Shown piece by piece: positions 19,138-28,339 of a stretch of 64,000 bases of DNA. The translations under genes were made by a program, and so were the position numbers. The notes beneath the pieces are model-generated. The model was not told where the DNA came from. It ran no database searches and saw only the letters and a program-made list of their open reading frames with translations. The stretch comes from a virus, in the IMG/VR virus record IMGVR_UViG_3300002026_002465, positions 64,001 through 128,000 of that record; one strand, 5' to 3'. Every line of letters begins with the position of its first letter. The first letter of the stretch is position 1.

Positions 19138-22100
19138 ATGGCGCTTACTCAAATTCGTGGCGAACAAATTCGTGACGGTATAGTCTACAATAGACATATC
19201 GCTGCTGATGCTGCTGTAGCTTATTCAAAGTTAGATCTTGCAGGAAGAATAGTTGCAACAGATCTTAATACAGATGGCTCAGTTGCACAAAATGTACTTA
19301 GTTCCAAACTCATTACTTTATGGGATATGGTTCAAGGTGTAACAACTGGAACGGGTTCTTCTGTTGTTGTAACATCTTTGGTAGAAGCCTCTGCTGCAAA
19401 TGACAGTGTTCAAAAAACAGTCGCAGCAAAAGGTATTTTAACAACTGGATCTGGCACAAATGGTGCTGGTGTTCAAAATTACAAAGTACAAATTAGAAAT
19501 TCATCTTCTGGTGAACCAATTGCTGATGGAACTGGTGCTGGTGATAATGAAACTGCAGCTAATGGTGCTACTGTTTATGGTGAATTAAGACATGATGGAA
19601 CTGCTTGGACTCTTTACTTTTTTAAATCTGATAACACTGCATACTCATTTGCATCCAGTGCTCAAATAGACTTCCTTTTCTTGGAAATCTATTCTCTATT
19701 AGATGCTCCAGCAAAGGGATTTATTGCAGGAATGGGATTTGCTGACGTTGTTGGTATTTCTGGTTCACACAATCATAATGATCTTTATTACACACAAACT
19801 GAATTAAACGGTGGACAATTAGATACTCGTTATTTCACTGAAACAGAATTAACAGGTGGTTCTCTTGATGGTAGATACTACACAGAAACAGAATTAAACC
19901 CTGCAGCTGCTTTAGCAGCCAATGTTTTAGATGCTCGTTATTATACTGAAAGTGAATTAGGATCAGTAGCATCTGGTTCTTCTGGTGCTGATAAAATTGG
20001 TATAACTGCTGGTGGTGGTCTTGCTGCAGGAACTGTACAAGGTGCTCTTGCAGAATTACAAGGCGATATCAATGATATTATTGGTGGAGCTGTTGATATT
20101 AAATTCTCAATGGATGATACATATAATGATGGTTCAGTAGTTACAGTTGATAATACAAATGTTGATTTTAAAGTTACTGATACAAAATCATTCCAAGTAT
20201 CTGATTCTGCTGGAGTTGAAATTGTAAAAGTTGATGCTCTTCTTGCTGGTGATAAAGTTAAAGTAAACGCTGACACAACTATTGTTGGTGACTTATTACA
20301 ATCAGGTGGGGCAGTTACTCTTAACGCTGGAACAGAAGCTGTAAATGTTGATGGTGGAGCAGTTACTGTTGATGGTTCATCAGTTGCTCTAGCATCTACT
20401 GGAGCCTTAACTCTTAAAGACTCTTTCTTGACAGCTGGCATTCCAATCTCACAAACTGATAATGCTGCATTAGTTGGTTATACAGCCACTTCAATCGTTG
20501 GTGCTTTAAATGAAGCCAAAGCTGCTGCCTCTACTGCTTTAGGTATTGGTGCTGCTGAAGATGCTTCTTACACTGATGGGTTATTCGTTGATTTTGTCCC
20601 TGCAACTCCAGTTGGAACAGCAGTTGACCGCTTCAATGAAGTATTAAAATCTCTCGCCCCTCAACCAGCTCCTGTTCTTGGAAATATTGGAACAGATGTA
20701 GATGGTGTTACTGGCAGGCTTTCTTTTGGAGCAAGTAATACAATCGCTGGATACACAAATCATCCAACATTAGATATTGGTGGATTATATACAAAGGCCG
20801 GTGATACAATGGGAATATTCCCAAAATCTGGAACAATCACTGGATTATTAGCAAACAGCACCCCAGTTGGCGGAGCTAATGACAGACCTTATCCTGCTAA
20901 AGCCTTTGGAAATGGAGAATTAGGAACACTTAAATTAGTTGTTAATGGAGTAGAAGTTCATTCAACTGATCTTACAACATTTGCAAGTGGAAATAGTGTT
21001 AATGCAAATGGAAGTGGATTCTCACTTTCTGCTGCAGCTGCAGTAAAATTCGATAATGGAAACAGCTTTGAAGTATTCAAATACAGAACAGGTTCTTACA
21101 TTGTTGGTGTTGCTGATTTCAGAAATGGATATAATACAGTTCAAGTTATTCATACAACAACTGGTGATAGCAGTACAAATACTGTTAACTTTGTTATTGA
21201 TGATAGCACAACAGCAACTTCTTATTCAGCTGAAACTCTTTCATCAACTGCAATGACTGGTTCTAATGTAATTTCTGGTGTTACATATAACACAGCAGGA
21301 ACAGTAAGCTATGCAGTAACTGCTTCTAATGTTTACAAGAATACTTATAATTCTGGAGCAACAGCTGTAAATTATACAGGTGTAAATGCTTCTATTACAG
21401 ATGAAATAATTACAATTCCTTCAGATGAAGCTAATTCTCTTGTTCTTTCAAAGAGTGCAACTATATCAACTGGAAGTAGATTACTTAATGGCAATGTAAC
21501 AATGAATGTAAATGTTGCAAGAACATTACAAACAACAAGTACTTCATCTGGTGCAACTCTTGGTGGTATTTTATTAGATGCAACAGTTGACAACTCAACT
21601 GCAACTTTAGAATCATTTAATGGTGAAAAGTTTAGAATGAACAATACAGTTTCTACAACTGTAACTGCTGGATATTCTGACACTGGTTCTTCTCCTAACG
21701 AATGGAGTTCAAATCAATCACTCGTTGGAGCAGATGCTGCACACAATGATGGACTCTTGGTTTATAATGGACAACTTGTTTATCCAACATCTGGTCTTAA
21801 TGGTGGCGTGTTTACAACTTCAAATGGTCCTGCTAACCCTGATTATTCAGGCGCAACTGGACTTAGAACATATTACAGATATTTCTACACATCTTCTGCA
21901 AAGAGTAATTTCAGACTTGCAATGACATCTGCTTCTACAGCATTTGTTCCTGTTGCAACTGGAGCTAGTGGAAATAATCTTACTATGCAAGTTCTCGCCC
22001 CTAATACAACTGGTGGATGGAAAGATGGTGCAGTTTCTTATACTGACGATGCTGCTGTTGGTTGTTATGCTGCTACATATGGCGGTTCAATTCCTTCAAA

Positions 22101-22221
22101 TTGGGGAATGACATTAGGAACCAAAAACACATCAACAAGCGGCAATGTTATTGTCATTAAAATTACAGCAGCCGCTGCATGGACTGGAAACATAAGTGAC
22201 ATAACAATTACTTGGTTATAA
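19138..22221 (+). CDS. tail fibre-like virion protein
   Basis: AGGAGG SD; HNH-x-DLYYT then three RY(Y/F)TE(T/S)EL repeats; Gly/Ala/Thr-rich beta modules shared with downstream fibre genes. Confidence 0.75.
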   Translation: MALTQIRGEQIRDGIVYNRHIAADAAVAYSKLDLAGRIVATDLNTDGSVAQNVLSSKLITLWDMVQGVTTGTGSSVVVTSLVEASAANDSVQKTVAAKGILTTGSGTNGAGVQNYKVQIRNSSSGEPIADGTGAGDNETAANGATVYGELRHDGTAWTLYFFKSDNTAYSFASSAQIDFLFLEIYSLLDAPAKGFIAGMGFADVVGISGSHNHNDLYYTQTELNGGQLDTRYFTETELTGGSLDGRYYTETELNPAAALAANVLDARYYTESELGSVASGSSGADKIGITAGGGLAAGTVQGALAELQGDINDIIGGAVDIKFSMDDTYNDGSVVTVDNTNVDFKVTDTKSFQVSDSAGVEIVKVDALLAGDKVKVNADTTIVGDLLQSGGAVTLNAGTEAVNVDGGAVTVDGSSVALASTGALTLKDSFLTAGIPISQTDNAALVGYTATSIVGALNEAKAAASTALGIGAAEDASYTDGLFVDFVPATPVGTAVDRFNEVLKSLAPQPAPVLGNIGTDVDGVTGRLSFGASNTIAGYTNHPTLDIGGLYTKAGDTMGIFPKSGTITGLLANSTPVGGANDRPYPAKAFGNGELGTLKLVVNGVEVHSTDLTTFASGNSVNANGSGFSLSAAAAVKFDNGNSFEVFKYRTGSYIVGVADFRNGYNTVQVIHTTTGDSSTNTVNFVIDDSTTATSYSAETLSSTAMTGSNVISGVTYNTAGTVSYAVTASNVYKNTYNSGATAVNYTGVNASITDEIITIPSDEANSLVLSKSATISTGSRLLNGNVTMNVNVARTLQTTSTSSGATLGGILLDATVDNSTATLESFNGEKFRMNNTVSTTVTAGYSDTGSSPNEWSSNQSLVGADAAHNDGLLVYNGQLVYPTSGLNGGVFTTSNGPANPDYSGATGLRTYYRYFYTSSAKSNFRLAMTSASTAFVPVATGASGNNLTMQVLAPNTTGGWKDGAVSYTDDAAVGCYAATYGGSIPSNWGMTLGTKNTSTSGNVIVIKITAAAAWTGNISDITITWL

Positions 22222-22245
22222 AAAAATAAAAAATGGAGGAATATA

Positions 22246-24507
22246 ATGGCGTTCGATATAAACACAAAAGCTAATATTGCTTTTAAACAAATTAAAGCTA
22301 AGGCCCATACTTCTAACAGCCGCGATCCTGTAAACGAACCTTTCGTAACAAGATCACTCTTGACAAGCAAAGATATTTGGGCACAACCAATATCACAAAC
22401 AATGTCAATTGCTACTGCTGTAAGTGAAGGAATTATTGGCCACGCTACTGCTGTTGATTTATCACTCTCTGCAGTAAGTGGAACAAATGATTTATCATCA
22501 AAGTATAGTGCCTATACACTAACAGTACCTGGAACTGTTCCAGCTGGTTTAGTTGGTAAAGTAAATCCACTAACAGGAGCAGAATATGCACCTGGAGATA
22601 GAGTTTCTAATATCATATTAGAAGCTTATTCTAATCAAAACTTTAGAGTTCATCTCTATACAAACTCAGGAAAAGCCGTAGAGGTTGCTCCTCTTGATGC
22701 TTGCGATTGGACAATTGATCCAGTAGCCGGTATTGTTGTTCAAGAAACTGATGTTGTTGCAAGTATGCTTGATTTATCAAGTGCTGTTCTTAGTTGCTAT
22801 GTATATGTTGGTGACACAGCTCAATCAGCAACTGCAACTGCAGGTTCTACTTCTTTAGATCTTGCTTACAATCAAGGTTCAGTTGTTGGTGTTGATAAAG
22901 CAGATCTTGATTTACAACTTAATGGTTATGGTTTTACAGTAAGTGATGCAACTGGAGCAAATGAATATGTTTCAGTAAAAGCTGGTGAAACTGTAATTTC
23001 AAATGACCTTGATGTTCAAGCAATTAAAGGTGATTATGTTACAACAGCAATTCCATTCGATAATGTTGGAGTTACTGCTCTTTCTACTAACCTCTCTGCA
23101 ACTTCTATCGTTGGTGCAATCAATGAAAATGCAGATGATTTACACACTTTAATAAATACAACTTTAACTTCAAAAACAAATGGATCATCTGGTGCTGATG
23201 GTATTGGAGTAACTGGTATTATTGGAGTTCTTCCTGAAGGTGGAACAGTTGGTGCAGATGCAACTCTTCAAGCTATGTTAGAAGGTCTTGCAAAATCTGC
23301 TGGTGGATTAAAAACATTCGCATCAATAGCTGCATTTACTGCTTCTAAAGCAGCAGGTGATTATCTACCAGTAAATACAATTGGTTATATTAAAGACATT
23401 GATAGAATGGTTATGGTTCTTGTTGAAGGTGTTGCTGTAGTTGAAGGAACTGATTATGATGTTCTTTGGGATATTAATCAACCATTAGGTGGTACAAACT
23501 TTAGAGTAACTTCAACTAGTGTTCAAATAGTTCCTAGTGGAGTTCTTACTCTCACTGGAACAGAATCAGCAGTTTTAACTGGTGATGATGCTATTCTTAC
23601 TCTTGATAAAACTGTTGCTTTAAGTGCAAAGACTGGAAATAAAGTTACCATCACTTCTGATACAGAAACAGAAATAAACGGTGGAGCTTTAGTTGATATC
23701 AATGCAACTGCTGTAACAATTGATGGTGATGTTGCAATCAATGGTGCAAGTAATGATGACTTCAAAGTAACAACTATTGGAGCTACTGGTGGTATTTTCC
23801 TTAAATCAGAATTCAAAACTGAAATAGACACTCCTGTTGTTAATGTAACAGGTGATGTTGTTATTGCTGCTAATAAAATACTCAGTGTTGACAAGATTAA
23901 TATTTCTTCTGTTGATCCTACAGACGCTGCTACAATTACTGGACAAAGAACTGGTATTCCATTCACTGGAAATAAGTTAAAGAATCCAGGATTTGAAAAA
24001 GGATCAGGTGCTAATGCAGATGATTGGACAGAAGGACCTAACTCAGGAAGAGATGCTACTGAAAAGTATTTTGATAACTATTCATTTGGTTATGAAAAAT
24101 CTTCAGAGCTTGGTGGTGATGTACCTATTCTTACACAAGCAATAACTGGTTTAAATCTTACAAATCATATTGTTTCTGTTTGGTTTAAAGGCTCAACTCA
24201 ATCTTCAGTTGATGCAGTTTTAAATGGAACTACAGTTGAAATTGTTCCTGCTAACACATCAGTTTCTGTATGGACAAGATTCTATAAAGATGTAACTCCA
24301 GGAACTGCCGCAGGCAATTTCTCACTTGTTGTAAATGGTGTTGCTGTGTTCATAATAACCATTTCTATGTTGATGCTCTTCAAGTTGAAGAGAAGGCTGC
24401 TCTTTCAGCACCAACTGGATTCTTCTCAACATATATGTCAGAACTTATTCTTCGTGTTGGTAACAATGCAGAAGATAAAATTTCATTCCAATCAGTTGCA
24501 CCTGTAG
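22246..24507 (+). CDS. long tail fibre, N-terminal part (frameshifted near 24346; last ~53 aa of this ORF are out-of-frame)
   Basis: GGAGG SD. Contains the start of a CBM4/9-like domain (KLKNPGFEKGSG...W) whose end (FYVDALQVEEK) lies in the -1 frame. Composition changes abruptly after NGVA. Confidence 0.75.
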   Translation: MAFDINTKANIAFKQIKAKAHTSNSRDPVNEPFVTRSLLTSKDIWAQPISQTMSIATAVSEGIIGHATAVDLSLSAVSGTNDLSSKYSAYTLTVPGTVPAGLVGKVNPLTGAEYAPGDRVSNIILEAYSNQNFRVHLYTNSGKAVEVAPLDACDWTIDPVAGIVVQETDVVASMLDLSSAVLSCYVYVGDTAQSATATAGSTSLDLAYNQGSVVGVDKADLDLQLNGYGFTVSDATGANEYVSVKAGETVISNDLDVQAIKGDYVTTAIPFDNVGVTALSTNLSATSIVGAINENADDLHTLINTTLTSKTNGSSGADGIGVTGIIGVLPEGGTVGADATLQAMLEGLAKSAGGLKTFASIAAFTASKAAGDYLPVNTIGYIKDIDRMVMVLVEGVAVVEGTDYDVLWDINQPLGGTNFRVTSTSVQIVPSGVLTLTGTESAVLTGDDAILTLDKTVALSAKTGNKVTITSDTETEINGGALVDINATAVTIDGDVAINGASNDDFKVTTIGATGGIFLKSEFKTEIDTPVVNVTGDVVIAANKILSVDKINISSVDPTDAATITGQRTGIPFTGNKLKNPGFEKGSGANADDWTEGPNSGRDATEKYFDNYSFGYEKSSELGGDVPILTQAITGLNLTNHIVSVWFKGSTQSSVDAVLNGTTVEIVPANTSVSVWTRFYKDVTPGTAAGNFSLVVNGVAVFIITISMLMLFKLKRRLLFQHQLDSSQHICQNLFFVLVTMQKIKFHSNQLHL

Positions 24508-27500
24508 GTGGAACAATTAAAGAATTAATGGCTATTGATAATAGTCAAGTTAGAGTATATGGTGATCTTATTGTTGATGGTGCTACTACTACAATTAATT
24601 CTACAACACCTGTTCAGGATAATAAAGTTACTCTCAATAATGGAATGACTGGTGATCCTGCTACTAATATGCCAAATGGCGAAGCTGGAATCGAAGTTAT
24701 TCGTGGTTCTTCAGCTAAAGTTGCTGTTAGATGGAATGAAACAACTGATAAGTGGGAATTAACAAATGATGGTACAACTTATGGTGCAATCGTTACTGTT
24801 GGTGGTTCTTCTGGAATCTCAATGGATACTGCCTATAATGGTGGATCTGTAGTTACTGTTGATAATACAAACGTATCATTTGATCTTGCTCTCACAAAGA
24901 GCTTTACTGTCTCTGACCCAACTGATGCTTCAAAATTTGTTGTATCTGCTGGGTCAGGTGCCGATTCAATAAAGATTGATACAACTGGTGGAGTTGATAT
25001 TGATGTTGATGGTGGATTTGTTGTAAGTGATAATAGCGGTGCATCGTTTGAACTAAACACTAGTGGTGAAATTGGTATTTATGGTGCTTCTAATAGTACA
25101 GTAACACTTGGTGCAACAGGTTCCGGATGGGCACAACTTACATCACAAGGAAATACAAAAGTTTCATCAAGTGGAACAGGAGTTGAATCAATAAAGATTG
25201 ATACCCTTGGTGGAATTGATATTAATGCAGCTGCTACAAGCCCAATAACTATGGACTCAGGTTCATTCTCAATTGATGGTGTATTGGCTTCTAATGTAAG
25301 CGTAACTGGTGCAGACCTTACTCTCTCTACTATAACTTCTGGAAACGTTGTTATCTCATCTGACAAGAATATCACATTTAATGATGAGTTCTTGACTACT
25401 GCTCTTCCTCTTGGACAAACTGGTTATACAGGTCTTGTTACTGAATTTGCTTATAATTCACAAACTGGATTTAATTGGTCAGCAAGAGATATAGGAATAA
25501 CTGCTCCTACTTCTATAATTGGTGCAATAAACACAAATAGAGAAGACTTGTGGCAATATGTTGAGTTGTTAGCAACTCAAGGTGCCGCTGTTGGTGTCGC
25601 CGCTGGTGCTAACTTGATTGGTGTTGATGGTATCGTAAGCGTTATCCCAACTGGAAAAACACTCGGTGCTAATTCTAATCTTCAAGAAATGCTTGAAGGA
25701 ATTGCTTCTTCTGGTGGTGGTTCTTGTAAACACTTTGCTTCTGAAGCTGCATTCAAAACTGCTAAGGCTGGTGGAGAATACTTTAATCTTGGAACTCAAG
25801 TATACTTTATTGATACTGAAAGAGAAGCTCGTGTTCTTACTCAATCAGTAAATGCTGTTGAAGGAGCTGATTGGGCTTACTTATGGTCAACTGTAAGACC
25901 TCTTGCTGGTCCTGCATTCGTAGTTGAGAGTGCTTCTGTTGATATTGATGTTGCTGGTAGTGTTGCAATTGATGGAGCTACAGGTATTACTCTCGATTCA
26001 GTCGCTGCTATATCTCTTGATTCTACTGCTGCTTCTAATTTCTCAGTCGCTGGTGCTAACTTGACATTATCAACTGCAACTTCTGGTAACGTTGTTATCA
26101 ACGCTGCTACAACAGTTGATATTGATGGTGCTGCAATTGATATGGATTCTACTGGAACAGTAACAATCAATTCAGGAACAGATAAAGATATTACTCTTAC
26201 AACTGCTGGAACTGGTGATGTTGTTCTCGCTGGTAATGGTGTTAGAGCAAGTGTCACTGGAAATACTGGTGTTGATGCAGTTTATGTAAGTTCTTCTGGT
26301 GGAGTTCAAGTAACCTCTGCTGGTTTAGTTGATATCACTTCTGGTACATTCAGTCTTGATACTACAGGAGCTGGGGCAGATTCTATAAAGATTGATACTC
26401 TCGGTGGTATTGATATTGATGTTGATGGTGGATTTAGGGTAGATGATGCAGGTGGAAGTAAAATTGCTATTGGACACTTAGCAGTATTTGAAATTACTGC
26501 CGCTAATGGGCTTGTTGTTGATGTTAATGGTACTGGAAACTATAATACAACTATCGTAGGTGGATCATTCAACCTTGACATTGTAGATAATAGCACATCA
26601 AGTGCATTTAAGCTTAGAACTATCTCTGGTGGTATTGATATTGATACTGCAGCTACTAAACCAATAACTATGGACTCAGGTTCATTCTCAATTGACGGTG
26701 TGTTGGCTTCTAATGTAAGCGTAACTGCTGCTGATCTTACTCTTTCTACTATAACTTCTGGTTCTCTTGTTCTTGGATCTGCTGGTGCCTTAACACTTAA
26801 AGATTCATTCTTAACAGCAGGACTTCCTCTTTCTGAAACTGGACATGCTGCTTTAACTGGATTTGCTGCAACATCAATCGTTGGTGCATTGAATGAAGTT
26901 AGACTTGCAGCTACTAGTGCAAACACTCTTGATGAAATTTATGATGGTGAAGCTGGAACCAGAACAGTGACTATGGATAATGGATCAGTTCTCTTTAAGA
27001 TGACTGATACCTATGAATTCAATGTTGCTGACTCTGCTGCTGCAAAGATTCTTTCTGTTAAAGCTCTTGCAGCCGGTGATAAGGTTGATATTGTTGGAGC
27101 ACTTGATGTATCAGGAGATTCTACATTTGATAAAGTCACAATGTATGGAAATCTTGATCAATCAAATGGAACTGTTGTTCTTAATGCTACTGGAAATGTT
27201 GACATTGATTCTACAGCAGCATTTACAGTTGACGCTGCAAGCTTCAGCTTAGATGCTACAACAGCTTCTAATGTTACAGTTGCAGGTGCTGCTCTTACTC
27301 TTTCTACAACTGGTGCCTTTGATGTTAATGTTACTGCTGGAAAAGATGTTGTTGTATCTGCTGTTGCCTTTGATGCAAATCTTACTGGTGCCTTAACTGT
27401 TGATTCAATAGGTGCATCTAGTATTACAACTTCTGGTGGATCACTCACTCTTGCTACTGTTTCTTCTGGTGCAGTTATTGTATCCTCTATCGGTGCAGTA

Positions 27501-28034
27501 ACAGTTGATGGAACTGGAATCTCAATTGATGGAACTGCTGCTTCTAACTTTACAGTAAACGGTAATAGTCTTACTTTATCAACTGTATCAAGTGGAAATG
27601 TTGTTGTATCATCAGCTGGTGAATTAACATTCAAAGATTCTAGAACAGCTGCAATTCCTTTCTCTGATGCTGGTGCAACAGCCCTTCCTGGTGGAGCAAC
27701 ATCCATCCTTGGAGCCTTGAAGACAGCTTATGAAAAGTCAATTGATATTGGTTATGGAGAAAAGGATGTTAACTCAACTGATGTTACTAATGATTATGTT
27801 GTTGTAACAATTGAAGAGCTTCCTATTAATGGTGTAACATTCCCTGCTACTCCTACTGCTCTTAGAACTGCTGGAGTTTATGCTTCTGTATATCTCAATG
27901 GTCTTAGACTATCTGATACAGAATGGAAGTATAATTATGCTGGTAGTGTAAAACAAATTACATTTAACGGTTCAAATGATATCGTTCTTGTAAGTGGTGA
28001 TAAAATCATGGTTGAAGTCAACAAGATTAACTAA
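24435..28034 (+). CDS. long tail fibre, C-terminal part (same gene as 22246 if the frameshift is corrected; fused ~1,929 aa)
   Basis: Frame open from 24288, reading HNNHFYVDALQVEEKAALSAPTGFFSTY before the annotated Met; no SD at 24435; repeated SIKIDT.GG.DI and LT.KD.FLT..P modules. Confidence 0.75.
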   Translation: MSELILRVGNNAEDKISFQSVAPVGGTIKELMAIDNSQVRVYGDLIVDGATTTINSTTPVQDNKVTLNNGMTGDPATNMPNGEAGIEVIRGSSAKVAVRWNETTDKWELTNDGTTYGAIVTVGGSSGISMDTAYNGGSVVTVDNTNVSFDLALTKSFTVSDPTDASKFVVSAGSGADSIKIDTTGGVDIDVDGGFVVSDNSGASFELNTSGEIGIYGASNSTVTLGATGSGWAQLTSQGNTKVSSSGTGVESIKIDTLGGIDINAAATSPITMDSGSFSIDGVLASNVSVTGADLTLSTITSGNVVISSDKNITFNDEFLTTALPLGQTGYTGLVTEFAYNSQTGFNWSARDIGITAPTSIIGAINTNREDLWQYVELLATQGAAVGVAAGANLIGVDGIVSVIPTGKTLGANSNLQEMLEGIASSGGGSCKHFASEAAFKTAKAGGEYFNLGTQVYFIDTEREARVLTQSVNAVEGADWAYLWSTVRPLAGPAFVVESASVDIDVAGSVAIDGATGITLDSVAAISLDSTAASNFSVAGANLTLSTATSGNVVINAATTVDIDGAAIDMDSTGTVTINSGTDKDITLTTAGTGDVVLAGNGVRASVTGNTGVDAVYVSSSGGVQVTSAGLVDITSGTFSLDTTGAGADSIKIDTLGGIDIDVDGGFRVDDAGGSKIAIGHLAVFEITAANGLVVDVNGTGNYNTTIVGGSFNLDIVDNSTSSAFKLRTISGGIDIDTAATKPITMDSGSFSIDGVLASNVSVTAADLTLSTITSGSLVLGSAGALTLKDSFLTAGLPLSETGHAALTGFAATSIVGALNEVRLAATSANTLDEIYDGEAGTRTVTMDNGSVLFKMTDTYEFNVADSAAAKILSVKALAAGDKVDIVGALDVSGDSTFDKVTMYGNLDQSNGTVVLNATGNVDIDSTAAFTVDAASFSLDATTASNVTVAGAALTLSTTGAFDVNVTAGKDVVVSAVAFDANLTGALTVDSIGASSITTSGGSLTLATVSSGAVIVSSIGAVTVDGTGISIDGTAASNFTVNGNSLTLSTVSSGNVVVSSAGELTFKDSRTAAIPFSDAGATALPGGATSILGALKTAYEKSIDIGYGEKDVNSTDVTNDYVVVTIEELPINGVTFPATPTALRTAGVYASVYLNGLRLSDTEWKYNYAGSVKQITFNGSNDIVLVSGDKIMVEVNKIN
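25242..26761 (+). repeat. 101-bp near-identical direct repeat pair inside the long fibre gene (25242-25342 and 26661-26761)
   Basis: ccaataactatggactcaggttcattctcaattga... ; by manual comparison 6 mismatches in 101 nt; encodes PITMDSGSFSIDGVLASNVSVT(G/A)ADLTLSTITSG. Confidence 0.9.
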
Positions 28035-28050
28035 TAATTAATCAAGTATG

Positions 28051-28081
28051 AAAAGGAGGGGGTCAAACCCCTCCTTTTTTT
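28051..28081. terminator. bidirectional rho-independent terminator
   Basis: AAAAGGAGGGG-GTCAAA-CCCCTCCTTTTTTT: GC stem with A-tract before and T-tract after, between convergent genes. Confidence 0.9.
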
Positions 28082-28230
28082 ATGCCACTACCATCATATT
28101 TTTTATAGTAATCATAGAGATACTTTACTGTCTCTGCCATTGTTTTATTCAACTCAATTGATAAATGCATTACCTCTTTCCAATACCCCTCTCTTAATCT
28201 AATTGTCTTATATTGTTCTTTTTCTTCCAT
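28063..28230 (-). CDS. 55-aa ribbon-helix-helix (CopG/Arc-like) DNA-binding protein
   Basis: Not in ORF track. AAGGA SD, MEEKEQYKTIRLREGYWKEVMHLSIELNKTMAETVKYLYDYYKKYDGSGIKKGGV; KTIRL strand followed by two amphipathic helices fits the RHH pattern. Confidence 0.65.
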   Translation of the reverse strand: MEEKEQYKTIRLREGYWKEVMHLSIELNKTMAETVKYLYDYYKKYDGSGIKKGGV

Positions 28231-28339
28231 TTTGTTCCTTTATATATTTATATACAATTTATTAAAATAATTTATTCTATTTATTAAATATGCTACAAGA
28301 TAATCTAAACCACAAAACTATTAAAATTAGGAGGCTAAT

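Noticed and set aside
24435-26761. Diversity-generating retroelement template/variable repeat pair
   Set aside because: Mismatches in the 101-bp repeat are not adenine-specific, both copies are in-frame coding, and no reverse transcriptase is in the window.
19941-27706. Many 65-180-aa minus-strand ORFs opposite the fibre genes (e.g. 19941-20441, 23523-23966, 25877-26257, 27158-27706)
   Set aside because: Shadow ORFs caused by the GGT/GCT/ACT/GTT codon bias of the sense strand; no SDs, and their composition mirrors the sense codons.
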